Made by a program: the position numbers and the translations under genes
Part shown: positions 20,824 through 30,397 of the stretch, piece by piece
Layout: every line of letters starts with the position of its first letter
Numbering within the stretch: position 1 is the first letter of the stretch
Assembly: GCA_964352245.1 (NCBI GenBank)
Contig: CAYGQX010000006.1
Span: 7,396-71,395 of the forward strand
Length of the DNA: 64,000 bases
Reading direction: 5' to 3'
Origin: an uncultured Porphyrobacter sp.
GTDB lineage: Bacteria > Pseudomonadota > Alphaproteobacteria > Sphingomonadales > Sphingomonadaceae
Notes under the pieces: model-generated
Database searches by the model: none
Seen by the model: the letters and a program-made list of their open reading frames with translations, nothing else
Told to the model about the DNA's origin: nothing

Positions 20824-21192
20824 ATGAGCGGCGCAAGCGGCCAAAATCAAACTTATGGCGTGCCTCGTGGCATCGTTGGCCTAATGGGACCGGTCGTAAA
20901 ACCGGATCCCGGCACTCTTCCCTTGCGCGGGGATCTTGCCCACATTGCTTTGGCAGGCAAACATTTGGCTGCACACTATGTAATCCCTCGAACGCGGTGC
21001 ATTGGAAATGCTGAGGCACATTTTCTTTTGGTACCGCGAGAGGGTGCTGAGATCGCATTTATTCAAGCACAGGGTAAAACGGTAGAAGTGCTTGACTACG
21101 AAGGTGAATGGGTTTGGGCCTGCAATGGTCCAGACGGGCCAAGCGGCTATTGCAAAATGAGCGCGCTTGCACCTGAGACCACAGGCGGCTAG
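20824..21192 (+). CDS. Stand-alone bacterial SH3-like domain protein (resembles the N-terminal module of alphaproteobacterial NlpC/P60 proteins)
   Basis: RGDLAHIALAG...HYV; EGEWVWAC.GPDGPSGY; no NlpC/P60 catalytic domain follows. Confidence 0.65.
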   Translation: MSGASGQNQTYGVPRGIVGLMGPVVKPDPGTLPLRGDLAHIALAGKHLAAHYVIPRTRCIGNAEAHFLLVPREGAEIAFIQAQGKTVEVLDYEGEWVWACNGPDGPSGYCKMSALAPETTGG

Positions 21193-21204
21193 CGCGCAGC
21201 CAAT

Positions 21205-22173
21205 ATGGCGACACGCATTTTTATCGATGGCGCGGCCGGAACAACTGGCTTGGAAATCCGTGAGCGGCTTAAGAGCCGAAGCGAATTCGACCTGATTTTG
21301 TTGGGCGATGACCAACGCAAGTCCGTTAGCGCACGCATGGAAGCCTTGCGAGAAGCTGACATCGCAATTCTTTGCCTGCCTGACGAAGCAGCACGAGAAG
21401 CTGTGAAGCTTGCCGAAGGTTTCGAGACGAGGATCATCGACGCATCCTCAGCGCATCGGGTGGCGGATGGGTGGACTTACGGGTTTCCTGAGATCATCGG
21501 GCATGAGGCAATTGCCAAGGCACAGTTCGTCAGCAATCCCGGGTGCTATCCGACCGGGTTTCTGGCCCTAGTCGCGCCGCTCATTCGGGCCGGGCTTCTA
21601 CCAGCCGACTGGCCGCTCACCGTCAATGCCGTGAGTGGATACTCAGGTGGCGGAAAAAGCATGATCGACCGGTTCGAAGGCAACGGCGATACCGCTTACG
21701 ACAGCGTCACAGCTTTTCACGCCTACGGATTGCAGCTCAACCACAAACATTTGCCTGAAATGCAAAAGTACTCAGGCCTAGCCCGCCCTCCTGTGTTCTC
21801 ACCCGGCGTCGTTCCTGCCTATCGTGGAATGCTGGTCGATGTCCCGATCCCATTTAGCCTTCTGGAGATACGGGAAGCGCACGATATTCGCGAAGCGTGG
21901 CAGCGCCAATACAGCGGATCGCGCATTCTCCATGTAGACGATCCTGTCGCGGGGAAAGCCGATCAGATTGCGGCCCTTAAACTTACCAAGAACGCAGAAC
22001 CATGGGACGGCATGGAGCTGTTCGCGTTTGGCGATCTCCGCTACCCTGACATCCGAACTCATATTCGCCTCATCGCCCGCCTCGACAACCTTGGCAAAGG
22101 CGCGAGCGGCGCTGCTATTCAGAACCTTAACATCATGTGCGGGCTTTCTGAGACTACTGGTTTGTGCATTTAG
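21205..22173 (+). CDS. argC: N-acetyl-gamma-glutamyl-phosphate reductase (type 2)
   Basis: IDGAAGTTG, DASSAHR, SNPGCYPTG, SGYSGGG, DNLGKGASGAA. Confidence 0.96.
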   Translation: MATRIFIDGAAGTTGLEIRERLKSRSEFDLILLGDDQRKSVSARMEALREADIAILCLPDEAAREAVKLAEGFETRIIDASSAHRVADGWTYGFPEIIGHEAIAKAQFVSNPGCYPTGFLALVAPLIRAGLLPADWPLTVNAVSGYSGGGKSMIDRFEGNGDTAYDSVTAFHAYGLQLNHKHLPEMQKYSGLARPPVFSPGVVPAYRGMLVDVPIPFSLLEIREAHDIREAWQRQYSGSRILHVDDPVAGKADQIAALKLTKNAEPWDGMELFAFGDLRYPDIRTHIRLIARLDNLGKGASGAAIQNLNIMCGLSETTGLCI

Positions 22174-22184
22174 CGGACTCGCAC

Positions 22185-22201
22185 TGCCTATTTTTTGAGC
22201 A
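22185..22201. promoter_or_regulatory. NtrC-like binding site upstream of glnB
   Basis: TGC-CTATTTTTTGA-GCA fits TGC-N11-GCA with an A/T-rich core; glnB-glnA is a canonical NtrC target. Confidence 0.6.
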
Positions 22202-22345
22202 TAACTAGCCCCTGAGATGAGCAGTATTGCAGTTCCCGTCATAATGTTGCTACTTCCCTAGGCACGCCGACCGATTCCTTCCGTGAAAGCGCGTAGGAGG
22301 CGTTGGGTGTAACAATCGAATATTACACCGTGACCCTTGCTGGTT

Positions 22346-22361
22346 TGGCATGATTCTTGGT
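22346..22361 (+). promoter_or_regulatory. Putative sigma54 (-24/-12) promoter for glnB
   Basis: TGGCAT-GATTC-TTGG(T): correct GG-N10 spacing, but GG replaces GC at -12. Confidence 0.45.
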
Positions 22362-22441
22362 TGGAATATCGCGAAAATCATCCGGTGGAACACCGGTCTA
22401 CCCGCGTAAGACGAGTGCGGGCAAAAACGGCGGGGACCTAA

Positions 22442-22780
<339 letters not shown>

Positions 22781-22851
22781 TATCCCTACTTAAACCGCTT
22801 GCCTTTTTCGGGTCAGCGGACCTCTCAAACCATCAGCTGGAGAATACAAGA

Positions 22852-24261
22852 ATGGCTAGCGCTAAAGATATTGTAAAACAGATCAAAGAAGAAGAAATAG
22901 AATGGGTTGATCTGCGCTTCACCGACCCCAAAGGCAAATGGCAGCACCTCTCCATGGCAGCTTCCGCAATGGACGAAGACGCTTTGGAAGACGGTTTGAT
23001 GTTCGACGGTTCGTCAATTGCAGGTTGGAAAGACATCAACGAGTCCGACATGATCCTGAAACCTGACCTGGATGCGGTATATGCCGACCCGTTCAGCGCA
23101 ACGCCGATGATCTCGATCTTTTGCAACATAATTGAACCTTCCGATGGCCAGCTTTATGGCCGCGATCCCCGTTCCACAGCAACTCGCGCTGAAGCTTACC
23201 TCAAGTCAACTGGCATTGGTGACACCGTGTTTGTTGGGCCAGAGCCCGAGTTCTTCATGTTCGATGATGTCCGTTTTGAAGACGGATATGCTGGAAGCGG
23301 TTTTGCAATCGACGATGTGGAATTGCCAACTAACACCGGCAAAGAGTATGAAATGGGCAATATGGGCCACCGCCCGCGTGCGACAGGTGGCTACTTCCCC
23401 GTCGCGCCCGTTGACAGCGCAATGGACATCCGCGGTGAAATGGTTTCCACAATGATGGAAATTGGTCTTGATATGGACAAGCACCACCACGAAGTGGCCG
23501 CTGCTCAGCACGAGCTTGGCATCACGTTCTCGACGCTCACAAAAACGGCTGACCAAGTTCAAATCTACAAATATGTCGTGCACCAGATTGCACATGCATA
23601 CGGCAAGACAGCGACATTCATGCCAAAGCCAATCAAGGACGATAACGGATCAGGCATGCACACCCACATGTCGATTTGGAAAGATGGCACACCGACATTT
23701 GCTGGCGATGAATATGCGGGCCTTTCAAAGAATTGCCTCTACTACATTGGCGGCGTTATCAAGCATGCCAAAGCATTGAACGCTTTCACTAACCCGACAA
23801 CCAACAGCTACAAGCGTCTGGTGCCTGGTTTTGAGGCACCTGTACTGCTGGCCTACTCTGCACGTAACCGATCGGCATCTTGCCGTATTCCTTATGGTGC
23901 AGGCGAAAAAGCGAAGCGCGTTGAATTCCGATTCCCAGATGCGCTTGCGAACCCGTACCTTTCGTTCGCTGCGTTGCTGATGGCTGGACTCGATGGGATC
24001 GAGAACAAGATCCACCCAGGCGATGCCATGGACAAGAACCTCTATGACTTGCCACCGGCCGAACTTTCTCAAGTTCCTACCGTTTGCGGTAGTCTACGCG
24101 AAGCCTTGGAAGCACTTGAGGCTGATCATGAGTTTTTGCTCAAAGGGGATGTGTTCTCGAAAGACCAGATCGACGCTTATGCAGAGCTCAAGTGGGAAGA
24201 AGTCATGCGCATGGAAACCACGCCGTGCCCTGTTGAATACGACATGTATTACAGCTCGTAA
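22852..24261 (+). CDS. glnA: Type I glutamine synthetase
   Basis: [48 protein letters not shown]. Confidence 0.99.
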   Translation: MASAKDIVKQIKEEEIEWVDLRFTDPKGKWQHLSMAASAMDEDALEDGLMFDGSSIAGWKDINESDMILKPDLDAVYADPFSATPMISIFCNIIEPSDGQLYGRDPRSTATRAEAYLKSTGIGDTVFVGPEPEFFMFDDVRFEDGYAGSGFAIDDVELPTNTGKEYEMGNMGHRPRATGGYFPVAPVDSAMDIRGEMVSTMMEIGLDMDKHHHEVAAAQHELGITFSTLTKTADQVQIYKYVVHQIAHAYGKTATFMPKPIKDDNGSGMHTHMSIWKDGTPTFAGDEYAGLSKNCLYYIGGVIKHAKALNAFTNPTTNSYKRLVPGFEAPVLLAYSARNRSASCRIPYGAGEKAKRVEFRFPDALANPYLSFAALLMAGLDGIENKIHPGDAMDKNLYDLPPAELSQVPTVCGSLREALEALEADHEFLLKGDVFSKDQIDAYAELKWEEVMRMETTPCPVEYDMYYSS

Positions 24262-24295
24262 TAGCGAGCTCTCAGATTGTAACTTTCGCTAGATC

Positions 24296-24329
24296 AGAGC
24301 GGCTGGCTTCGATGCCTGCCGCTCTTTTC
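24296..24329 (+). terminator. Intrinsic terminator after glnA
   Basis: AGAGCGGC...GCCGCTCT stem followed by TTTCT. Confidence 0.7.
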
Positions 24330-26276
24330 TTATGCTGTCCTCGCGACATTGTCTCTGGTCGTATCCTTGCTCACCAATTCCATAAGCTCACCGGCTTTCA
24401 TCGGCTTTCCTAAGAGATAGCCTTGCACGAATTGGGCGCCAGCACGTTTGGCCATAATCAGCGAAATCTCGTTTTCCACCCCTTCGAGAAGACAATTCAC
24501 CCCCAGAACTCGGGCCATTCCGACAAGCGATGTCAGAATTTTCTCCGCCATTGGATCACCAGGGTTCTCAACGAAAGATTTGTCCACTTTTAGGCGTTTT
24601 ATCGGCAACGAGCGCAGATAATTGAAGTTGGAATAGCCAGTCCCGAAATCATCAAGCGCAATCGAAAAGCCCAATCGGGACAAGCGCTCCAAATTGGCGG
24701 CAGCCTTTTGCATGTCTGCCATCATAGCTGTCTCTGTTACTTCAAACTCTACCAAAGCAGGATCAACATCATATTCGCGGATTATTTTAATAATCGCATC
24801 AATAACTGGGTCAGACAGCAAATCATGGCCTGAAAGATTGATCGAAATCGGGATCATGGTCTTCCAAGATGATAATTCGGCCATGGCTTTTCTTACCACG
24901 ACCAGAGTGATATTTGCTACCAAACCACTTTCTTCAGCAATTTGAATAAAGCGCTGCGGGGGTACGGGTCCGACGTCGGGATTGGTCCAGCGAGCAAGAG
25001 CTTCCGCGCCGATAATCTCGTTGGTTCCAAGCCTAAACTGCGGTTGAAAAACTAAATGAATTTCGTCTTCTAATTTTGCACCTCGCAAAGCGTTTTCGAT
25101 CCGGAAGCGAATGCTAGACTGCTTTGCATGGGATTTGTCGAAGACGACAATCCTGTTCTTGCCCTGCTTTTTTGCAACCATCAGCGCGTAATCTGCCTTG
25201 CTGATCTGGGCCTCTACTCCTTGACCCGCATCGCACCTGACACATCCAACAGAGCAGGAAATCAGGACCTGGCGACCATCGACGAGATATGGTGTTGCGA
25301 CATTATCTAGCAACCGTTTGCAACGCTCAACAATACTGCCCTGGGCCACGTCACCGGAAACAATCATATTGAACTCATCGCCGCCCATTCGACTGACATG
25401 AGTATCACCTTCAGAAAAAGATCCTAAGCGGTCCGCTACCGCCATAAGTAATTGATCACCAACCAAGTGGCCGTGAATATCGTTGACGGCTTTGAAACCA
25501 TCCAAGTCAATCAAGATGAGCCATCCCAACGCATGCTCGCCAGCTTCAGGTTCACTGCCAACGCTTGATTGGCCAATCAACCTGTTGAACTCACCGAAAA
25601 ACGCCCGTCTGTTTGGAAGCCCGGTCAGGCTATCCGATAGTGAGACTTCGCGCAGATCAGAACTCATCTGTTCGGCATTTGAAAGCTCGTCTCTTACTTT
25701 AAGGTTCGCAACTGCAATTCGCGATATTGCCTTTCGCAAATAAAATGCAATCGCGAGCGACGACATAGAAGTTGCAAAAGTAAGATACCCGTAGGCAGCC
25801 AATGTTGCGCTATCAAGCTGACTTGAAAAGCTCCCCATCGCTGCAAATGAGAGTGCGATCGCAAGAAATGATTGTCTAAAACTAGTACTTGCGAGAGCGA
25901 AAAGCATCGACATTATTATGAAATAAGTGAGCTTTTCGGATAAAAATCCTATGTTAAGCGCAACATAGACATTGAGGATAACGACCGTATTCATGGCAAG
26001 CAACATGCATTCTGTCATTAGTGCAGAGCTTGATGAGCGCATTCTCCACGCAAAATAGCTTGCTAAACCCGCAGCTATGATGGTCAATGACTGGAGTCTG
26101 ACAAAGTCGGAGCCATTTGACATACTAAGCCAGTTAAGCACCAGCATGATGGCGTAGTAGACAAAGTACACGACAAAATAACCGCGCAGAATTGGGAAGT
26201 ATATCTCCCGCACTGCCGATTCGACGATCCTGGAGTTCGGCTCCGGATCAACGTTTGTTCGTGTCCTCCAAAACAT
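24330..26276 (-). CDS. Membrane-bound diguanylate cyclase/phosphodiesterase (TM-GGDEF-EAL)
   Basis: About 5-6 TM segments; DSLTGLPNRR, DLDGFKAVND, intact GGDEF; AEALARW, DDFGTGYS, EGVE, QGY. Confidence 0.93.
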   Translation of the reverse strand: MFWRTRTNVDPEPNSRIVESAVREIYFPILRGYFVVYFVYYAIMLVLNWLSMSNGSDFVRLQSLTIIAAGLASYFAWRMRSSSSALMTECMLLAMNTVVILNVYVALNIGFLSEKLTYFIIMSMLFALASTSFRQSFLAIALSFAAMGSFSSQLDSATLAAYGYLTFATSMSSLAIAFYLRKAISRIAVANLKVRDELSNAEQMSSDLREVSLSDSLTGLPNRRAFFGEFNRLIGQSSVGSEPEAGEHALGWLILIDLDGFKAVNDIHGHLVGDQLLMAVADRLGSFSEGDTHVSRMGGDEFNMIVSGDVAQGSIVERCKRLLDNVATPYLVDGRQVLISCSVGCVRCDAGQGVEAQISKADYALMVAKKQGKNRIVVFDKSHAKQSSIRFRIENALRGAKLEDEIHLVFQPQFRLGTNEIIGAEALARWTNPDVGPVPPQRFIQIAEESGLVANITLVVVRKAMAELSSWKTMIPISINLSGHDLLSDPVIDAIIKIIREYDVDPALVEFEVTETAMMADMQKAAANLERLSRLGFSIALDDFGTGYSNFNYLRSLPIKRLKVDKSFVENPGDPMAEKILTSLVGMARVLGVNCLLEGVENEISLIMAKRAGAQFVQGYLLGKPMKAGELMELVSKDTTRDNVARTA

Positions 26277-26576
26277 TGAATCGGCGCTAACGAGCGCAAG
26301 TTAACATAATGTTCTTTACTGAGAAATTGCTTGGCATCTGCCAAACTGCACAGCCTTATTGGCGATTTCTCATTTTCCTACTCAGCCTTTTTGTGCCCAA
26401 TGCAAAAGCCTCTCTCCGCTTTGCCCATCCAAAAGCTGGGCATCGCATCTTGTTTGTTGCTTCTTCGCCAGGGGGTGCAGCCGTCGAACCCATGAGGCAG
26501 TCCAATGATTGCGGAATCAAAAACGCCCGAACCCTGCTCGGCCCTTTCATCACTTAGAATGAGAAAGGTATAAGAC

Positions 26577-27320
26577 ATGGCTAGCGCAGCGCCTTATCTC
26601 AGGCTCATAGATCGCATCGTCAGCATGATCGATAAGCATCCGCTCCGTGCGCTATTGATGCTGCCAGTTCTTACAGGTGCGGCCACAATCGCCCTTGCAT
26701 TCTGGCAAGCGCCTACGCTGATTGGCGCCCATGAGGCACGCAAAGACCGCGAATATCGGCAGACGATCCTGAGAGAAGAACGCGAGCGGCGCGCTCAGGC
26801 GCACGCCATTGAAGTGGACGAGCTTGTTCGTCGCCGACTGCTCGCGCTGCGAATTCGTTCCTCTTCCAGCCGAGCAGTGATCCGCGCTCTGGTGTTTGAC
26901 ATCGATCAGTCAGAACAGATTGTCGGAATTGTTGATGTCTTTGAAAGCATGGATATTCGAACCGAGAAAACAGGGCTGCGCACGCGCCCTCTCCCGCTGA
27001 GCGCAATACGGCGCTCGCTCAATTACATGCTAGCCAGCGATGTCCCCCGATGCATTGCCCGTAATGTAGAGGATCACGAAGATGCGGAGCTGAGGGATTT
27101 TATGCATGCCGGTCATCTAAAGGCCTCTGTCGCTTGTCCTCTGAGGACGCTGGATGGCCGACCAATTGGACTATTGGCAGTCAGCATCCGAACGCCGATC
27201 GAGGAGAATGACCTGGTCCAACCTATGACCCGCGATGCAGCGCTAGAACTCGGCGCCGTGCTCACTGAAGCAGCTTCCTTCAAAGCGGTTATTACTCAAA
27301 AGCAAGAGGTCTTCCAATGA
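26577..27320 (+). CDS. Single-TM protein with GAF-like C-terminal domain; candidate holin
   Basis: RBS GAAAGG; amphipathic N-terminus, TM about residues 25-43, GAF-like tail SVACPLRTLDGRPIGLLAVS; ATGA overlap with the lysozyme gene. Confidence 0.7.
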   Translation: MASAAPYLRLIDRIVSMIDKHPLRALLMLPVLTGAATIALAFWQAPTLIGAHEARKDREYRQTILREERERRAQAHAIEVDELVRRRLLALRIRSSSSRAVIRALVFDIDQSEQIVGIVDVFESMDIRTEKTGLRTRPLPLSAIRRSLNYMLASDVPRCIARNVEDHEDAELRDFMHAGHLKASVACPLRTLDGRPIGLLAVSIRTPIEENDLVQPMTRDAALELGAVLTEAASFKAVITQKQEVFQ

Positions 27321-27940
27321 ACTCGAGAACACAAGTCTTTGACACCGTGCGAAAATTGATGGGTCGTGGCTTTCGACAGAAAGAGGTAGTCTCTCTGGAC
27401 GCGGCACTCGACGACATCGGCGAAGCTTGTTGCCCAAAGCACATGACCGCAGATAATCAACTTACAATCGAGGTGGTGGGGAAAGCAGGTGTGGAGCTTA
27501 TCAAAAAGTTTGAAGGCTGCGCACGCAAGCGTTCAGACGGAATGATCGAGGCTTACCCTGACCCTGGTACAGGAGGAGAACCTTGGACAATCGGTTGGGG
27601 TGCAACGGGAATGGGTTTAAATGGACAAAGGATCGGCCCGGGTACTTTGTGGTCACAGGCAGAATGCGATGCGCGTCTGGAGAGCGATCTAATCCGATAC
27701 TCACAAGATGTTGCGCGCGCCATTGGTGAAGCGCCCACCACGCAGAGCCAATTCGATGCGATGGTGAGTTTTCATTATAATACCGGCGCTATTGCCCGCG
27801 CAACGCTGACAAAAAAGCATATTGCCGGCGATTATCCCGGCGCTGCTCGAGAATTCGACCGCTGGAACAAAGCAGGTGGCCGAGTCCTTAAAGGGTTGGT
27901 GCGTCGCCGTCGCTCTGAAAAAGCCCTTTACCAAACATAA
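27317..27940 (+). CDS. GH24 phage-type lysozyme (endolysin) with an N-terminal extension
   Basis: LIKKFEG (catalytic Glu), AYPDP, WTIGWG, QFDAMVSF.YNTG, W.KAGGRVLKGLVRRR..E..LY. Confidence 0.93.
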   Translation: MNSRTQVFDTVRKLMGRGFRQKEVVSLDAALDDIGEACCPKHMTADNQLTIEVVGKAGVELIKKFEGCARKRSDGMIEAYPDPGTGGEPWTIGWGATGMGLNGQRIGPGTLWSQAECDARLESDLIRYSQDVARAIGEAPTTQSQFDAMVSFHYNTGAIARATLTKKHIAGDYPGAAREFDRWNKAGGRVLKGLVRRRRSEKALYQT

Positions 27941-27962
27941 CGCGCCTGAGGGGCACACGAAT

Positions 27963-28817
27963 TCAGATTGTCTTGCTCGGTTTGAATGGCGTTGCCTGAC
28001 CATCCTTGCTCAGACCATCAGAGATCGTATCACGCTTCTGCTCGCGGGGGGCAGTTGCCTCAGCAATCAAGCGGGATTGCTCTTCACCGTCCATTCTCTG
28101 CCAACCATCGCGGCCCAGCTTTTCAAGCGGACGATATCGAACTTTGTATTGCATACGCGGCGAGCCATCGACCCAATAGCCGAGATACACATAAGGCAAT
28201 CGATCGGCCGCTGCACGGCGAACGTGATCGAGGATGATGTAGTTTCCGAGGCCCGCACGACCTTCATACGAAGGATCATAGAATGAATAAATCATCGACA
28301 GTCCATCGCCTTGCCGGTCGGTAAGGCATGCGCCCACGAGTTTACCGGGCTGACCGCCTTCGCCAGGCTCCCGGTATTCCACCAAAGTGCTTGTGACTGG
28401 CGTGTGTTCAACCATGTCAGCATAATCGAGCTCATCCATGGCCGACATTCCGCCATCAGGATGCCGGACGGCAAGATACCGAGAAAGCAGGTCAAATTGC
28501 TCTTCGGTCGCCCAGGGGCGGCACTCGGTCACAACCAAATCCGAATTGCGTTTGATGTCCCGCTTTTGAGTGCTGGAAGGCTTAAATTCGCTCGCAACGA
28601 CACGAACTGAAACGCAAGCCTGACAGTCAAGGCAGCTTGGGCGGTAGGCGACTGTCTGACTCCGACGAAACCCGATCCGGCCAAGAGCTTCATTAAGCTG
28701 GTCCGCATGAGCGCCTTTTAGCTCAGTGAAAACCTTACGTTCCTGCTTGCCAGGAAGATACGGGCACGGCGCAGGGCTTGTCACAAAGAAGCGGGGGAAG
28801 CGGATCGGGGCCGTCAC
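27963..28817 (-). CDS. bpt: Aminoacyl-tRNA--protein transferase (ATE-like; Asp/Glu leucyltransferase Bpt)
   Basis: [47 protein letters not shown]. Confidence 0.92.
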   Translation of the reverse strand: MTAPIRFPRFFVTSPAPCPYLPGKQERKVFTELKGAHADQLNEALGRIGFRRSQTVAYRPSCLDCQACVSVRVVASEFKPSSTQKRDIKRNSDLVVTECRPWATEEQFDLLSRYLAVRHPDGGMSAMDELDYADMVEHTPVTSTLVEYREPGEGGQPGKLVGACLTDRQGDGLSMIYSFYDPSYEGRAGLGNYIILDHVRRAAADRLPYVYLGYWVDGSPRMQYKVRYRPLEKLGRDGWQRMDGEEQSRLIAEATAPREQKRDTISDGLSKDGQATPFKPSKTI

Positions 28818-28863
28818 GAGTTTGCCGAGTTCCTAATATTGCGAAAGAATCGCGGGTTCGTTG

Positions 28864-28981
28864 TTAAGCTGATGTTATGCCTTTTCGTTTGCACGGGTAA
28901 AAGACCCTTAACCATGAAACAGGGTGAATATTGTCTTACTTTGCACAAGAGTGACCCATAGCTTGCACCATTACGGTGCAA
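28864..28981. promoter_or_regulatory. bpt upstream region with two CtrA-like boxes and an NtrC-like palindrome
   Basis: TTAA-N7-TTAT (28864-28878); GTAA-N7-TTAACCAT (28897-28915); TTGCACC-ATTAC-GGTGCAA (28963-28981). Confidence 0.5.
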
Positions 28982-29046
28982 ACCGGGACACTTGCTTGGT
29001 CATTCCTGAAAATCGGACTGGTACAATCCCGTAAGCGACAGCCGAA

Positions 29047-30312
29047 CTAGTTAAGCTCAACCAGCTCAACCGCATAATCCTTCGCCCGCAAAGCTTTGAC
29101 CAGTTGTTCGACCTGGCTTGCATCACGCGCTTCGCATTCGATATCAGTGATGAGCCCTTTTGCAGGCAGCGTCGTAAAAATGCGCTGATGATAGATCTCA
29201 ATGATATTGACGTTATGGTCGTCAAACAGCCTCATCACTTTAAACAAAGCGCCCGGGCGATCCTGAAGCGTTACACGCAGTCTTGCTAAGCGCCCTTGCC
29301 GCGCCAGATCGCGCAGCAAAACATTGGCAAGCAACCGCGTATCGATGTTTCCGCCGCACAAAACCAGGCCGATTGTCTTGCCCTTGAAGCGATCGGGATT
29401 GGATAAAACGGCAGCAAGTCCAGCAGCTCCCGCACCTTCGACAACAGTCTTTTCAATTTGAAGCAGCAGCGCAACTGCTTTTTCAAGGGCAGGTTCATCA
29501 ACAAGAAGGATTTCATCAACCCGTTCTGAAATCACTTTCGCAGTGAAGGCTCCGGGCCGCTTAACGGCGATCCCTTCGGCTAGCGTGTCACCGCCGCAAT
29601 CTCGGTCTTCTCCCTTAATACGGGAATACATGCTCGGGAAAAGCGCGGCTTGAACACCCACCATTTCGATATCTGGATTGATGGCACGAGCGACTGTCGC
29701 CATACCCGATATCAGCCCACCACCGCCAATCGGCGTTACCAGACAATCAAGATCTGGCTTCACATCTAACATCTCAAGAGCGACGGTCCCCTGACCCGCC
29801 GCAATCAGAGGGTCGTCAAAAGGATGGATGAAAGTTAACCCGCGCTCTTCCTCAAGTTGGCGAGCATGAGCATGTGCATCGTCGAATGTTTCGCCCTTGA
29901 GCACAACATTCCCACCCACACTCTCAGTTTGCATCACTTTTACTGTCGGAGTGGTGCTCGGCATGACTATCGTCACAGGCACACCTAAGCGAGTGCCGTG
30001 GTAAGACAGACCTTGCGAATGGTTTCCCGCTGATGCTGCGATCACACCGCGTTTTTTCTGCTCATCGGTCAGGAGCGACAACGCGTTCAATGCACCGCGC
30101 TCTTTGTAGGCGGCAGTGAACTGAAGGTTTTCAAACTTCAACCAAATATCCGCTCCTGTAATCTCTGACAAAGTGATCGACCGCATCATCGGAGTTTTGA
30201 CAACTGCGCCCTCAATCCGTTTAGCGGCTTGACGAACGTCTTCGATTGTCAGGTCAGATGGGGTCGCAGCGCTTTCACGCAGCGCATTATAAGAAGCATG
30301 CTTTGCAGTCAT
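29047..30312 (-). CDS. ilvA: Threonine ammonia-lyase with C-terminal ACT domain
   Basis: KFENLQFTAAYKERGA (PLP lysine), ASAGNHSQG, PIGGGGLISG, CGGNID, DRPGAL. Confidence 0.9.
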   Translation of the reverse strand: MTAKHASYNALRESAATPSDLTIEDVRQAAKRIEGAVVKTPMMRSITLSEITGADIWLKFENLQFTAAYKERGALNALSLLTDEQKKRGVIAASAGNHSQGLSYHGTRLGVPVTIVMPSTTPTVKVMQTESVGGNVVLKGETFDDAHAHARQLEEERGLTFIHPFDDPLIAAGQGTVALEMLDVKPDLDCLVTPIGGGGLISGMATVARAINPDIEMVGVQAALFPSMYSRIKGEDRDCGGDTLAEGIAVKRPGAFTAKVISERVDEILLVDEPALEKAVALLLQIEKTVVEGAGAAGLAAVLSNPDRFKGKTIGLVLCGGNIDTRLLANVLLRDLARQGRLARLRVTLQDRPGALFKVMRLFDDHNVNIIEIYHQRIFTTLPAKGLITDIECEARDASQVEQLVKALRAKDYAVELVELN

Positions 30313-30397
30313 AAGATCGCTCGATTAGGCGCTGAGCAGCGCAAGGGCAAACCCTATCCGTTGGCAAGCTCAATATAAGGCTTTAGGCACCGCACAT

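Noticed and set aside
26340-26578. Short ORFs (65-82 aa) between the GGDEF-EAL gene and the holin-like gene as possible antiholin or spanin
   Set aside because: No lipobox, TM or SAR features and no clear RBS; more likely a divergent promoter region
26577-27940. Calling the lysozyme locus a prophage
   Set aside because: No integrase, att repeats or structural phage genes in the flanks; reported instead as an orphan module
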